From NCBI GenBank assembly GCA_030141605.1, contig JAQGDQ010000005.1:1116180-1180179 (forward strand): a DNA stretch of 64,000 nt, written 5' to 3'. Both the position numbers and the translations under genes were made by a program. Position 1 is the first letter of the stretch, and the number at the start of each line of letters is the position of its first letter. The notes beneath the pieces were generated by a model, which saw nothing but the letters and a program-made list of their open reading frames with translations, did no database searches and was not told the DNA's origin. The stretch is from Tubiluchus corallicola. Its lineage: Eukaryota > Animalia > Priapulida. Below, piece after piece: positions 1 through 15,800 of this stretch.

Positions 1-3000
1 TCGTCTACGACGACGACAACAGTATCGCCACTCGGCCTGAGTACTTCGTCAACTGAATCATCTGCTTATGAACTTCTTCTCCAACAGCAGCAGTTGTTTC
101 TTCAATGGCAGCTGGAGTGGCAGAATAAGTATCCACAAGTTGTTGTACCTCAGGCTGTGAAACCTGTACATGTAGAGAAATCTGCTATAGGTGATGATAA
201 TGCAGGTAATAAAATTAGAGATAAATTGGAACAATTTAACATCTTATTACAAACCTGTTAAGTTCAATTATGTTACAGTAATTTCCAAAATGAAGTTTTT
301 TCTTTTTGTAGTTTATGGTTTGTTCTGATTAATTTTACAGGCTTATATTAAATTCTTAAGTTTCTTTCTTTCATATCTTTAATGTCTTATTCCTTGCTTG
401 TTTCGAACATGCTATTATTGTGGTAATTCAAAAAGTATGAGCTTTGTTTATTGAAGTAGGCACAAATTGACCGGGTTTAATTTATTGAACTGGAAGTACT
501 TTGTATTGAACTGACTGATTAAAATTGCTCACTGAAACATTTTTACATATTCAATGTGTTAGCTGTCAAGCCTGTCATCATTTTAAAATATGTGAAAATG
601 TATTTTAACACCTTTTCTAAATATAATTGAAAAACCAAAAAATAATTTTTTTTGCATTGACTTGGTTTCTAAATAAACGTGATCTTAATTGCCCTTAAAT
701 TTATAATAAGGAACTGTGTCTGCTGCTGATTACTATTTAGAACAGTAGATTTTCGAATACATTGTGTTTAATTAATGCCCCTTTAAGCACCTAACGAAGT
801 AATTTATGAAGATTTTTCTTGCAGCAACTCCGAGCTTTGTAACATCAACAACTAACACACAACACGAGAACATGATACCATTGAATACAACCACGCCTAC
901 AACTAGTCCCACTGAGAAAGAAATGAGCCCACCAAGGTGTTTGACCGGGATGAAACTAGATGACCTTCGAGTGTCTGACTTGCGTGCTGAGTTGAAGAAA
1001 CGTAGCCTTCCGGTGTCGGGTGAGAAGAAGTTGTCAAGCATTTTACATAATGGCTTTAATTCAAATGTGGCATGTTTCTAGTGCCAATACGCGTGTCATG
1101 ACGTTGTGGGAATTTAAGTTTTGCATATGCACATATACAGTCAACCTCGGATGAGGGACACCTCTGGACTGGACAAAATTGTCCCTTATGTCCGATGTCC
1201 CTTATAGCCGAAGTTGAGTCATCAGACCGAGGGTGTATTTAGACCTGCAAGATCTATATACCTCATCTGGTAGCCTAATGCCCAATGAACTGTTTGTTGC
1301 AATATATGTAATATACCGATTTAATGCAAACACATCCAATCGTCTTGAACTGAACACAAATCGATGTTTATTCAAACTTATCCCGATTACACGCCATTTT
1401 ACTACTGGTAGTTATGCTAATTATGTAGCATAATGTAGTAACTACAATGTACTATTACTACAATGCAATAAACCCGCCATCGTCACTTGCTGTGATGGAC
1501 CCATGGTAGTAAGTCGCACCTTGTGCTCTGACCTATTTCTTTCATCCATCATGACTATCCACCGGTATTACCCTTGCCGGTAGCCCGTATAGTCCAAGGG
1601 AATACAGTCGGGCCCGCTCGGGATTTCGGCATAGGCTTTTTAGGATGTAAAAAATATTTGATCATAGTGTCCCTTATATGCGAGGTAATTTACCTGGGTT
1701 TCTATTACGTGGGACCTGAAGATATCATCCCTCATATCTGAGTACCTTATATACGAAGATTTTTATAAGGAGAAACATTACGAACAATCGGTACCGGTGT
1801 TAGTGGTCCCCTATAAACGAATGTCCCTAATAAGCGAGTACCTTATACCCGAGGTTGACTGTATGTTTTTCCCAGTATTTAGAGTCTTAAGCACAGAATG
1901 GAAATCTATTTTTTTGTATCTTGCAACTTTCAAGAAACAACATCCTTCAATCTTTAAAGTTTGGAACCTAAAATGTGAAGTTTCTCATATGCAGAGCAAA
2001 AGACTATTCTGGTAGTAGCTAATAATTGTAGATTTCCCTAAGAATCCACTTGTATATTTTACAGGATCAAAGCCGCAGCTAATTGAACGACTGAAACCTT
2101 TTACTGATGACCTCTTTACAGACAAAGACCAGGCATCTGATACACCCACTAACACGGTAACGGCAACACTGGCAAAAACGAAAACTGCCTATCACACGAC
2201 CAAGGATCGCGTTTCTCCAGTTTCACCTGATTCCCAACAGCTAACATCACCTTCAGCTGTATGTAAACTTGTTAGGTTTATGCATGCATTATTCTTTGCA
2301 TGTCTGTAAGATACATTATTAAGGTTATGAGAATACGTTATCGTAAGTTTTTTTCACATTGCTAACAACTGATACAATATAGCATTTACTGACTTTACGG
2401 TTGCAGCTGAATGACTTTGGAATTCTAAATTCTCAATGACAACAACTACCAAACAATTCTGGAATTACATGAACAGCTAGGAGTTAGCTTGAGAATTGAT
2501 TAACTTTAAATATAGAGAAATACTAAAATAAATTGTATAAACAAGCTCAAATCCTCACACTAACTGCTGTTATTTTTGAAATAAATTTTTTATAGTTTAC
2601 ATTAAATTATGAATCACTTGTATGTATCTAGGTGTCTGGAGGACGTCATTCAGCTACTCCAGTATCACCTGACAGCAGCGCACTGGAAACTATCAGTACA
2701 ACTCAGGCAGCAAACATAATCATAAATGGGAATGCCAATGTTTTGAAAAGTCCTGTATTGAAGTCTCCCCAATCTCCAGTTAGCATTCAAGAGACACCAC
2801 TGAGATATTCGAATGGTGAAGGATCCTTCTCTGCTGCATCTCTAAAGCGAACGTTGTCATCTGAATTCCACTGTCCAGCTTCTACTCCGATGGAAGTGGA
2901 TTCAACTACAAGTGCTGTGGAAAAAGTGGAGCTTGGAGAGACACAGCTGAAGATAGAGACTGTGAAGAATCCCCAGGTTGATAGCTAAGTCATTTGTTAA

Positions 3001-6000
3001 ATTAAAATTTTAATCACTTATTACCTATTATAAGATGACTTGTAGGTCTTTTACGTTGTATTTGTCTTTTTTAACAACATGAACCAAGTTTTGGATTCAG
3101 TTGCACAAAAAAACAGTAAATCCTTGCTTAACAACAGTAATGCATTCCAACAATACACAATTGTTAGTCAATTTACATGAAATGACACCCTTCCGTTCAT
3201 AGAAAATAACTTGAATACACAGAAGGTGCATTCCATTATTGCATTGAATCACTTTGAAAAATAATAGAGACTTCAGATTCAGATGTTGTGCTGAGGAAAA
3301 TACCAAAGTTTTGTGCTACATATCATTTATTGATAAAAATGTCAAGTCTTACATCTAGATAATAGGTAACTGTGAGGACTTTGTGCATTTGTGAAACAGC
3401 TGTTTATTTACTAAATATAGCATTCAATTTGTAACTGAGCTTTTGGTGTAACAGCGTTACACAACTTAGCCACCACGGAGTGCAAACTATTTTTAATGAA
3501 AGTCCGGATCAACAACTAGGCTGTTCTATGTAAATAGTTATAGTAGCCCTGAAATTCAGCTCATTATTAAGGATAATCCTCCAAAGACACATCTGACTGA
3601 AAATAGCTGCCTCAAAAAATACTTCTATTTAGCCAGGTCACTCACCCATTTACAAGCCAGGTCTGACTTTGCTGAACTAAGTTCACCACATGCTTTGTCT
3701 GCTCAAGTAGTCTTTTTTGCTTCAATTGGATTTCTAAATCGGAATCTCATTTATTCACAGATGATCCTAGCCGCGAATCCCAAACCTCAGCATGCTGTGA
3801 CTGTGAACATGAAGCAAATGCTCGTTAATGAAGATTTACTCAAGCAGCAACAGGAGAAGATTGAGAAGCTGGAACACGAACTGAATAAGTCACAGCTGGC
3901 ATTGAAACAGCAGAAGCTGATCATACTGAGACAGCAACAAGCTGGACTGCAAGACAGTATTAGTCCACAGGTAACAATAGTACTGTACTTTTTCTTTAGT
4001 GTCACTCACTTTTTCATCAGTGTATGCTTTATTTGTTTATTTCAAGGTTGCTCATAATAAGCCATTTGGTGCACATCGCTGAGAATTTTAACTTGAGTCA
4101 TTATGATAAACGTGGCCATTTGCTTAATGAGGCTGTCACTGGAGCCAGCATTGTATAATTTTAATAATTCCAACCTAGAGATTAGCCTAAAGAGTAACAC
4201 CGTACGTCAGTTTGCAAATTAATTAATTTGTATGTGGTTCTATTGACGTTTTTGTTTGGCAGTGATTTGTGGGTTATGAAATAAACGCGTTACAGCCTTA
4301 AAAAATTGCTGGATTCTTTAGCTTTGACAGTTGCGAGAAACAGTTAAATATAAAAACAATTAATAATTTATTGTTACTTTAGCTACATCGTTGATTTTTT
4401 TTCATGTTAGGATGCCAAAATGTTGCAGAATCTTCAACTTAAACAACACATTCTGAACCAACAGCATCAGAAGCTGTCTCAAGAAATTCAGAAGAGTCAG
4501 CAAGCATTGATTGGGCCAACTACCATCACCATTGCAACTAGCCAACCTGTTGTTAACAAAACCAAAGCTAAGGTGGTAAATGTCGATACCTGTCCTCAAA
4601 AACAGTCTCCTGTAAAGAAGAAAACACCCTCTGGTAGCGGTAGAGCTACATCGCCAAGCAATTCCCAAGCAACTAATAAGACCAAAACTAAAGCGGCTAA
4701 TGTAAACAAAAATGTGCAAAGTTTGTCTGGGTCGAAAAAGAAACAACCAAAAGTTTTAGAACTTTCAAAGGCACTTGCTGGCAACAAGAAGTCGTTTTTG
4801 ATTAAAGTTTCTGATAAGTCTGCAGGTGCAGTTAGTAAATCACAAAGTGCCAAAGTTATTTCATCACCAACAAAAACGACCAAGGTAAATCTGAATGCAG
4901 CTAAAAATGTGAAGAGTGCTGGGAAGAAGACTGATGTTTCTGGCATAATCGTGCCACCTCCGCCAAACTATGATGAAGCTACAAAACAACTAAAAACTAA
5001 ACAGGTGAGTGATAAGGTGTAACATCAGTACTTGGCTGATTGCAGTATGAATTGAAAGTGAACTTGTTTTGTTATAAGGATCCTTATGTAACGTAAAACT
5101 GCAGATGACATAGTTAGCTACTACAACGTCTAAAACAGTTTTCGTTATTCAGCTTTATCTTCTGCAGGAGGTTCAGTGTTATTGCAACACAACATCAGGT
5201 TAAAAGAATTAAGGTTTTCTTAATGTGAATCTTCCTGTATGTCTGAGAACAGTTGCAGTCCCTTAGAATATGACAAAACGTAATATAGAAAGGTGACAGA
5301 AAGTAAGACTATTGTATAATATAATTTTTTGGCTTAAAAACAGACAGAAGTGTGATGTGTTAATAGCAGCTAATCAGTATGTATCTTATTTTTAGGCATC
5401 TAGTATTATCCTGTCTTCAAAGAATGACCATTTGTCTCCTAAGATTTTACAAACTGGACAACATCTGACTAGTGTTGATGTTGATAATGACAGTGATGAT
5501 GGTAGCCATACGTTACCTAGCGTTGCTACATTAGCAAGGAGTCTCAGTCTTCCTGGACCCCTTGCTACACCAACAAAATGTCAGGCAATTGATGATGTTT
5601 TAGAGATTCTTATAAAAAGTGGAGGTGAGTATCTCAAATTGTAATTCATAAAATTAACAATTTTTTATACTTGTTATTACATAATAGTAATTTGAAAAAT
5701 GTGTCTTTCGTATATGCAAAATGTTGTTGCAACAAGACGATAAATTATTTCTAATCTTACTTAAATTCATTTATTGCAGAATTGCCTCCAAGTGCAGCGC
5801 AAGAGCCTCCAGCTACCCCTAAGACAACGGCAGCATATCTTCGTGCAGCTAACACATTTGCTAACTCTTTTACTCCATCGGCAATGCAGCCTCTGCCCGG
5901 TTTCATTCCGTCATCAGAAAGCTCATCTATGAGCAATTTCACTACATCCTTACCAATGCATATTGCAAACAATGCCAACAACATATTGATGGATTTCAGT

Positions 6001-6888
6001 CTGAACATGGAATTCCCAGATAGTGAGTTTCTTGATTTCAGTACACTAGAGCAGCATATAGCTAGCTTGCACAGTGCTGACTCTTCGAAGAAGGAACAAG
6101 GTGAATATGGCACTCCTCAACTTTTGGATCAGCAAGTATTGCCCATGGACACCTCTGGATCACCAGACAGCAATGAAGGAGGTGTATCAAGGTGCGAATC
6201 TGAAATGCTGTTGTCAAAAAATGTAAACTTTGATGCTGAGGTCTTAAAATGCATGGCTGCTGTTGTAAAGAGCCATCAGCATGAAGTCATGAGCTCGGCC
6301 TCGCTTGATAATCAGGTTGTCAAACAGACAACAGATTCTCACAATAGTCGAGATGGGAGTAATTCTCCACAAGATCTGTGTGCAAATAATATAAGCAAAG
6401 AAGGTTCCTCGATTGTCGATCAGCAGCTAGTAAAAACTATTTGCTTGGATAATCAAATCAGACCTTCTTATCCGAATCTAGTCAAAAATGGAAACGATGC
6501 AGGTCAAAACAGTACATCTGCTGCTGTAGCAAAGCCTCAACAATCCAACAATGAATTCCATATAGAGGTGAGCGACATTAGTGATGCTGAACCCGAGACT
6601 GGTAATGTCAGCAACATGGACCTCTCTGATTGGCTGGACATTATCATGCCAAGCACCGGAATTATGCCTCTGAGTAACAATGCTCCGATCACTCTGGGCA
6701 ACGAACTAAGCGATGTTGCTGCATTTGATGCCGAGAGTTCCTCTCACACTACACCGACCACTTCACTTGCTCAAAATAATCTGACAATGGTTCCTCTAGA
6801 CCTGCTGTCAGACTTCGAGGAAATGGACTTTAGCAATGGGAATGAGCTAAGCCATTTGCACTGGGACAAAGTAGATATAACGACCTAA
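1..6888 (+). CDS. MRTF: Myocardin-related transcription factor (MRTF/MKL family), 5'-partial; coding exons 1-205, 825-1019, 2065-2258, 2632-2976, 3761-3970, 4411-5004, 5396-5624, 5780-6888
   Basis: GT-AG exons join in frame (3081 nt = 1027 codons incl. stop). Family motifs appear in the expected order: Q-domain YELLLQQQQLFLQWQLEWQ; SAP domain LDDLRVSDLRAELKKRSLPVSG|SKPQLIERLKPF; leucine zipper LLKQQQEKIEKLEHELNKSQLAL; PPPPNYDEA; QAIDDVLEILIKSGE; acidic C-terminal region with MDLSDWLD. RPEL and basic domains would lie upstream of the window. Confidence 0.93.
1138..1861. mobile_element. Non-autonomous Tc1/mariner-superfamily (pogo/Tigger-like) MITE in the MRTF intron that splits the SAP domain
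   Basis: Terminal inverted repeats CAGTCAACCTCGG...CCGAGGTTGACTG (13 bp perfect, then imperfect). TA on both sides (1136-1137, 1862-1863). Repeated subterminal GTCCCTTAT motifs. No transposase ORF. Confidence 0.88.
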
Positions 6889-9800
6889 ATGTGTGTCCAA
6901 TGTAGGCCTAAAGGTAGAAGGCATATTTATTTGCTAAATGACAAATTCGGTGTGCTGTGCGAAACATACAACTTTTAAAATGCTAGAAATTTACAATGCT
7001 TCAAAATTCATAAACAAATAAAAGTTCCAGAATTGATGATCCTTCACCCTAAAATTGCTGTAATTATTCACCAAGTAGTTATTTAAATAGCAATTTCAGT
7101 TAGACTTACAGTAAGTTATTGCATTATTGCTGTCTGGTGTTGTTTGCCGTAACATTCAAATATTGCTTTTTAAAGTACTGTATTTAAACATACTGGCAGA
7201 TTACTCATTTTCTTTCAGTGATAAGACTGCCATTTTTATTTCAATTTCATTTTATATAATTTCAAGTAAACTAGTGATGGAAAATACCGTTGTGAAATGC
7301 AAGTTACTCCATGTTAATGTGCATGTCGTGTGTTTTTAGCTAACAAATTTTCTGCATGTTGATTCACTAAACAAAATTCTTGCAGAGAAACTTTTGGCTT
7401 TGGAAATTACCAGGAATTTACATAGGATGCATCATACATTACTACAAAAGAAAATTTAGTTTTTGTAAGATAATGATATCATGCTACATTGATTATGTTG
7501 AAAATTTTTGTTAAAAACAACGACAGTTATAAACAAGTGGCTCCTGAATGACCAAGTGATTAGCCAGGAGCATTGATGACAATTCTACTACATGAACAAT
7601 CATTGAACATTCTACATTGTTGTTAGGGTGTGTGTGAGATTGGTGGCATTGTTGTAATGTTTGCATTCTACTTTATTACTAGATGCTAAAGGTGGCTGAA
7701 GATATTGATATAATGTATGTTTGCTGTGAAAGATCATAATATGTGCCAACCATATCTGTGCCAAATCGTAATTATCGTAGACTGATGAGTGGTGCTAATT
7801 AGATAAATGTACAGTAAATAAGTGTGCAAGAAAATGTAAATGTAGCTACTAGTCAGTTCCGTCGCCATTTTGAAGGTAGTGTTAACAGAAACTTGCATAC
7901 ATGCATATAATTGTATTATGTAAACAAGAATGATGTTTATTTAAAAATAAGAGGTAGTTGCTAAAGTTTGATACATAAAATTCACTCCGTGTCAGTAATC
8001 ACTCAAAAATAAGATGTTAACTTTTTACTTTGGTAATTAGATTGGTTGCCTAAAAACGTTAGCCCTCTCATCATGACATTTGTTGTCTTTCTACTCTTTT
8101 ATTTTAAAAGGCTGGCCCATGCTGTCCATTTGCCAGATTTTGTTGACCTCACTTTGTAGAAACATCATTAGTAAAGACTAAGGTAAAAATTATTTATTCA
8201 CAACCTATAAAACTCAGACATGGCAGAGATGCAGAATTTATTTGATAGGCATAATATTCATCATGCAGTTACGTGATACCAGCTTATGTATGTATGCAAA
8301 ACTTGTAAAGTTTTAGCTGCTTTAACATACACAGACATATATGCCATATACTTATATTAATTATAGATAAATACAAACTGATGTTATTTATCTATAATTT
8401 AATAACAAGAATAATTTGTTCTTCATTCTAATATGATTGGGCTGTTTTTGTTGTTAGACTAATATTATTAACTAACTTAATATTTATTATAATTATTTAT
8501 AATATGCATTCGTTTGGAGATTGTGCTTTGAAGAGCTCCATTTATTCATTCCGACTAAGAAAAGCCAATTAAAAAAAATGTTTAGCGTTTGCGCTGGCAA
8601 ATGTGCTATTTAAATGTAATATGTTTGTTGAGATTATGTGCGTATGCATGCTGGTTATGTAAGCGTGCTTTTATTGTTGAATTCAATTGTTTATGGAATC
8701 AGTTGCAACTAAAATTGTATTAAATGTTAGTAGAATTAGCAACATGCAGTATATGTACCGATACTTGAATTTCCTGTGAATTCCATTTCTGTTTCAAAAA
8801 TTCTTTCAAGTCGAGCTTCTGAATTATTATAAATTTAAAATAATCCATGGATACAAATGCACTAATTAAAATTTAGAAGAAATTCAGTATACTAATCAAA
8901 ATAACAGTTATATTACTATTACTACTGTGCTGTAAGAGAGAATCTACCAAGTACATTTACTAAGCAAATTCATAACTGTGCCAGTATAGATTTGCCGGTC
9001 TATGTTGTTAATGTAAGTTTATTAATATATATATATATATGTTTGTTTGACTAGCGAATAACAGGCAGCGTTATTGACTATTGCAGCTTACTCATTTTTA
9101 TTACTGTGTCATTACCATTTACTAAATATATTTAAGCTTCTGTATATCACTCTAGTTTCTAATGACTACTAGTTTGTCTGTTTCTATTGTCTAACTTCTG
9201 TTTACTAGCCTTAAATCAATTTGTCTCAACTAGTGAAAATTGATTTTTTTTCTGTGTATTTTAAGACAACTAGACGTGCCAAATGTTGTTTTGTTGCCAT
9301 ATAGCGAAAGTCTCTATTCTTTTGGATTTTGTGCCTTAATTACCATTTGAGATTTCCTTGTGATTCTGTTACTGTTATTAATGTAACTAACGTGGAATTG
9401 GTTCGTCATACTAGTGTAGCAAAACAATTTCGTGAACATTATTAGTTTTTTGTTTTTACTGGGCTTCCTTGCAAAGAGATTTTTAATTAAACAACTAAAG
9501 TTTTGCATTCCAGTATGGGTTGTCTCCAGGTTTTGGAACATGCTCTCACCATTCCATGTCTACATCTGCTGTGCCGAACATTAAAAAAACCTTTAACAAG
9601 TTTACCTACTGCCTTTAGAAGTGAGGCGGATCATTATTGTCGCACTTGTTTTCGTGGAAGTTAGCTTAGCGGCTAATCAGACATTGTTTCGAGGCTCTTG
9701 CTGTTTGAAGACCAACAATGGCTTCAGTTTCCTACGCCATGCTTCCAATAAAAACAGTAGTGCTGCTAGTCTGTCTCTGGCTTACTTGCTGTTGTCACTG

Positions 9801-12657
9801 CCTATTATGGAAATGGACACTGGGATCAGAAATGATTGCAAAAACGTGATCCAGAGACAATTTAACACACTACTGTGAATGATCACAGTTTTCCTCGAGT
9901 CATTGGTTGCAAACTTTCTTTCACGTCATAACCTCATAACCGTCTTTTTACTGTCTCGTGCACGTTTAAGACGCTGTATAATAAAACTGTTTCGCTGTTG
10001 AACTCTTTAAATTGGTACATTCATAATCGCCACACTGCCTCTCCAGCACAGTAGATTCGGTACAAGTAGCCACATGTTTTTTTTAATTAGTATTGGTTTT
10101 GTTGTTGATGCATTTTCTAATTTTCGTCGTTTACCCTGAGTGACTACTACTATTTGATCACCGGTATGTTGAAAGTTGAGGTTGTTTCATTGGTAATATG
10201 TAAACTTAAGATTTTTTTCTAATTTCTAAAACTGCGCTTCTTACTCACGGTGGTTAATGTAGGATGATATGCAGCAAATCCTGTTTGGTGGGTATTTTTA
10301 TCTGCCTTCTCTAAGCTCTGACGTCTTAAGGAGCTATTCATAGCTAGAAATGTTGTTTGTGCCTGGTCACTGTGTGTTTGCTGCTCACAAGTTATTGAGC
10401 TATGCGTCTCTTTACAAACAGAAATGAAACCGTTTCAGCTAGTATCCTGCCTGGGCGTTATATTTCTTAAAATGGCTTTCCTGGGACTGATCTTCGCGAA
10501 TAGATCGTTTTAACCGACTCACGTGCAACGCGGAATCTTTTCTGAAATGTTTTTTCTGAGACTGTTTTCAAATCGACGTGACTGGGTTTCCTCAGCTGGT
10601 TTTCCAATCTTTCCCGAGATTCTAAACCAGAAATATCTGCTCAAGTATAAAGTTTCGTCGTCTTCAGATCTTGTATGTCACAGTATGTGCTTACATACTG
10701 CTATAGTACTACATAAGTATGCTTTTCGAAAAATTCTTAATAGTGACGAAATAGTCTCGCAATTTTCTGGGTTAAATATATTATGCAGTAGCCAGGACGG
10801 TTGTTTACAGGATTGGGCTATATAATGTGTCTGTTGGTGATCGGTATTGTTAAACCCAATCGCCAACCAATAACTTTATTGGTAGTATGGATTGGTCACC
10901 TTTGTAAATGCGTGTTGCTTAATTATTGTGAAAATCAATGAATTTCTTGAGATACAAATGAAATGTCAGCGTTATTACTAAGCCTACTGTACAGAAATAT
11001 TACAATGTTGGGACCAAGTGTCTGCGTATTTAAGCCCAACTTAGATGTATTCTCAAAACTGACCATTTTTCTATCTTAATGTGAAGCTGTTACTGAACCA
11101 CAGTAACTGCTGGCATATAAAGTACGTTCTGAAATTCTTAAATATGTGAAAATTATGATCTTAAAACAAGTTCTAAATTATAATCGTACGCAGTAAAAAT
11201 TTGCTATTTATGTGTTTGCAATATCTGTTTATTTTCTGATAAAACAAGCGTTATGGGGACTAGTGTGACGAACTAAGGGCCAGTTTATCGAGGACCACTT
11301 TTGTTGCTTGCTCCACAATTTGTCTTCCAATACTCGTTTCGTGTTTCTCTTTGTTGCCTAAGAAACATAGATTAATTTAGGGTTTTGTGATTAGAGTAAT
11401 TACTAGTATTTATAAATATTAGGTGGTTTTATGGCTTTGTTAACTTGAAATGATATTATATGGCAAGGTTTCGCTAGCCATGTTTTTTACATGCATGGGA
11501 AATTACGCGTGCATAAGTTAAATTTCTGAATTCTCGTGGACTTAGGTGAGAAACATTCTATTTGTTATGGGAAAATAGATTAACAGCAAGAGTAGTGCGA
11601 TACCAAGACTCTGTTTTTAATTTAAAATAGGCCTATACTGTGTGTGGCGTGGCGAAAATTATTTTGAATTTACGTGGTTTCAGCAGAGAATTTATGCACG
11701 TCGAATTTCCCTTTGCTTTGTTATGGTGAAATGACTATGATTCCGTCTGAGTGCTTGACTTCATTGCTTTTTAAAATTACTTGCTTAAGCTATTCATTTT
11801 TATTCCTACTTGTAGAACCTATCAAATCAAAAATTAAGGGAGTGCTGTTCACTTAATCGAGAAAGCGTCATACAGAAATTTCATGTTCCGACAAAGTTAA
11901 TTCGTACTTACAAAATGTATTTACAGTTATTGTCACTGATATGGATATTATAAACTGTTGGTTATGACTAAATTGTGCGGCTTTTGTGCCAAAGTAACTA
12001 TCGTGTTAGATAAATGTACAAAATCGTTTGACATCTGTAGTTTTTTTTATTATATTTTGTCTTCCTTTAAGCAGAATTACGAATCATTTTTTGTTCAAAT
12101 TTGATGTTCAGTTTTCGTTAATTACTTTGCTAAAAAATGTTACTGGTCATCATTTTACAGTTTATTTTGTCAATTAAGAACACGTAGATGATTAACATAA
12201 GCTATGTTAGCATTTTGTTTCGGGTAGTTTCGGCACACCGCATACGATTTTAGTAATACAATTGTCAGTAATTGTCTGTGTCATTCATCATTGGTTAAGT
12301 AGAGCTTGATATTAAAAGCATTCTTGTAGTGAACGCCTGCTCATACGAAACTTTAATTAACAATTTACTCTTTTTGTTGCAGTGTTAAACAATTCATGAA
12401 ACCACCCCTGTTTTGAGGTGATTAAATGTGATTATTGCGAGAAAACGGATATGTTTTTTTTTATTGTGGGATGTTCTACTTATTAGAAACGCACATCAAG
12501 GCTAGAAAATTCTGAATTTCCTTGAAATTCTCCTACGATCAATTGTCTGCTGCCCAATTGCATTCAGACTTTTGTGTTATTAGTGTGTTTGCTAATGTAG
12601 CAAATACCCTGTCTTACGCAGTTTGTGTTCACTATTGGCTACATACAAGACTAGCAT

Positions 12658-12899
12658 CCCAGACAGCACGACAAAATTGCTAAAATAATGACAATATTTT
12701 TTGCAAATATTGGGACAATATGGAAATGTGGATTTGCTACAACATTGTATCAATATTTTTGACAATATTTTTTTCATATTGTGACAATATTGATACCATT
12801 AATGTCACAATATATTACCACTATTTTTTTGCCAAATTTTTTCCGTATTGTCACAATGTGGAAAAATATTGTCCAAAAGTATTGGTACAATGTTGTGGC
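12658..12899. mobile_element. Truncated foldback/MITE remnant with internal inverted repeat
   Basis: Starts CCCAGACAGCAC and carries many GACAATAT motifs. Imperfect inverted arms of about 55 bp at 12736-12790 and 12845-12899. The opposite terminus was not found. Confidence 0.55.
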
Positions 12900-15800
12900 A
12901 TGTCCAACTAATAAACTTCTTAATTATTAATCAGTAAGTTTATATGAGATAAATTATTTTTTTAAAACAATATTTACATCAGTCTTTTAACTTTTCATGG
13001 TCATGCATAAATTTTATACCAAAGCGCTGCGAACTAATTTTATCGTAATGTAATAAAGAAAACATAATTTCACAAGTTTGTACGGGAGTTGACAGTTTTT
13101 AAATTTCACTAATGCCCAGGATTTTTGTTCGTTGGATAACAACGTTTAATCTTTCACACAAAATGATATAATGCACACGTACTTGAGAGAAATAAGCATG
13201 CCTTCTCTGCATCAATTTCATTTTCAGATTTTTGTAGTCTGGTAAGTACATTGAAGTGACATTTTCTGGACAAATTGCTACTAAACGTGCACACACTCAT
13301 TATGTTTCTCCTCGTTTGTCTATAGATTTTATATTAGGCGGGCCATGTGCGAATTTCGAAGGTAGTTAAAAAATTCCTAAAAACCTAGATGGCAAACACT
13401 GAATGCAGGGTTATTTATAGTTGCACTCAACACTATGCTCACATCATCTTTAAACACCAGACGGGTGCCACCTTTGATGGAGTTGCTTTCTTTAGTTCAT
13501 TTAAAGGGCAATTTGCTTATACTACTTTGTCTTTCTTGTCAAGATATGTTACCATGCTACGTACATTATACTCTTACTGACACTAGTTGTAGCTACCATT
13601 GTTGGTGGCGCCATCTTCTAAAATTAATATTAAACTAAAACAATGAAATTACCTTTAATGTATGGGCAGTGCTGTATAGATGTGGTGATTAGTCACCTTT
13701 CGTGCAACTCAAGTTTAATTAACTGCAAAAGCACAAATTTCAGCATATTATAGGGGTTTTATTTCTTTTAACGTGCTGCAGAGCAGGCAAGACAACTAGA
13801 CAAAGCTACAACGTTGAACTACTTACAATCCACGAGAAACTAATAAAGAGCTGGCATTACACATAGTAAAAGAAATATGAATGTTCACATGTTTGGTTCA
13901 GTGTAATTTCCCCCAAGCATTATATTAACCTTTGTTATTTATTGCTTATGAGCTGTGCTAATTTATTTAATGGGCTTATATTTCTGTGAACCTGCAAACC
14001 AATGATTCATGCAGTGAAGCCACAATAGCCAACTAGCCAACTACTTATATTGAGTCAGCAAGCTACGACTACCCTTATTGGTTATGATAAAAACATGTAG
14101 CAAAGAAAAACATGTAGCCAAATATTAGCTATTAACTAAAATGTATCTATTGAGCACATACTGAACTTTAATTTCTAACAGTGATCCATATATAACACTA
14201 GAAGATATTGAATTTGAACTAAATCACTATAAACGTGTTTAATTAAGTATGTATTTAATTTGCTACAAATGGTCTTGGTGTAAACTGTTTGAGATTTAAT
14301 ATAAGCTAGTCACAAAATCGGGTGGCTTGAACTAATAAACTTCAATGATACAATTTCATTGAGTGCAAAAACCAGGATTGCATGAAGTCCAGTCCCAAAT
14401 TAATATACTTAGTTTTGCCATTTTGATGATTGATTAGGGGGTTTGGCTATAAGCTTAATGGTGTTGTGGATTTATTGACTGATGTACTATAAATAAAAAC
14501 AAAATACCCTTAGCACACGAGGGAAAGGCATTATAATTAGGCTGTATATCAGGTGGAGATGTGTTTACCAGTGTAAAATCAAACTCTGGAAATAGTCAAC
14601 GATGAACACGAAATGCAATGCATTACTTATATTTAATTATATAGAAACACAACATTACACATTCTTGAGTTTTGCTGCAAAATGTAAACACTACATGGTA
14701 CACAACTGCTATTGCAAATCAATAATGAGAAACACAGAGTATCACAATTACAAGACAGTTTTCGATGTTTAAGAGCAAAAAACTAACCAGTGCTAATTCC
14801 AAAATGCAGAGATGTTAATGTCTGGAAAATCTAAACTTTTTGTACAACACGAAAGTTTCACACAAAACTTATATAGACAAATGCACTCTACATCAATAAT
14901 TTGTACAACGGCATTACGTGCACACAATAAAGGCACAATTCTGTGTTACGTAAGATAATTTAACATGCCCAAAATGTTTATATATTCTGCACTAATGTGA
15001 AAAGATGCACGATAGTTTACAAAGACATTAAAATCCTTAAAACCTCTCAAACAAGTAATTTTCACTACAGAAATTATTAGCAAATTTAGAGCAACTTTAT
15101 TACAGTCAGATGATGTTAAACTTGAATTTTACAGTGTTCCTTTCCAAATTCACAAAAATATTACTGTAACAAATACTCGTCCATTTAATACATTAAAAAT
15201 TTACCACATACGATACATATATATATATACTTAACGTATATATATGTATCTTTTGCACTAAATGCACACCTCATCAAGACTCATGAATCTTGAGACTCAT
15301 TTTAATGGCAAGCAGAATACATACAGCAAAATTATCTGAGGAAGTAGATGAAGATTTTCCATTTCACTAAAATGTTGCAAAATAATTTATATCAGATTAA
15401 GTCATTTCATTTTATAATAGTAGTATGGCAAGCCAATCTTTAAGTGCACACATTAAACATACACTATTAGGTAATTTAACACGAGACAACATATATGTTC
15501 GTACAACAGCATGATGTGGAAATCATATTGCAGCATCAAAAAAGGAAACAGATGCATTTTACAAAAGCTTTCTTAAAATCAAGTGCCAAATATGCAACAG
15601 AGAAAAATCTGAAATACTCGCTACTTAAAAAAGCCAAAAACGAAAGGTTAAGATAGATATGACAAACAAATGTGAAACTGCAGGCATTATAACCTCTGGA
15701 TATAAAGAATTATCAAGGATGAAACCATTTCAACACCAGAAAATACAGGAAAACACATTGCCCATAAACAGGAGTGTTCTCGAAAATTATATAAAGGTTT

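Noticed and set aside
1180-1850. CArG-like CCTTATA motifs in the MRTF intron suggesting SRF autoregulation
   Set aside because: None matches CC(A/T)6GG. They are the MITE's subterminal repeats.
9600-10870. Slightly GC/CpG-richer block with several short ORFs
   Set aside because: No recognisable protein motif, consistent exon chain or repeat termini. Probably UTR or intergenic DNA.
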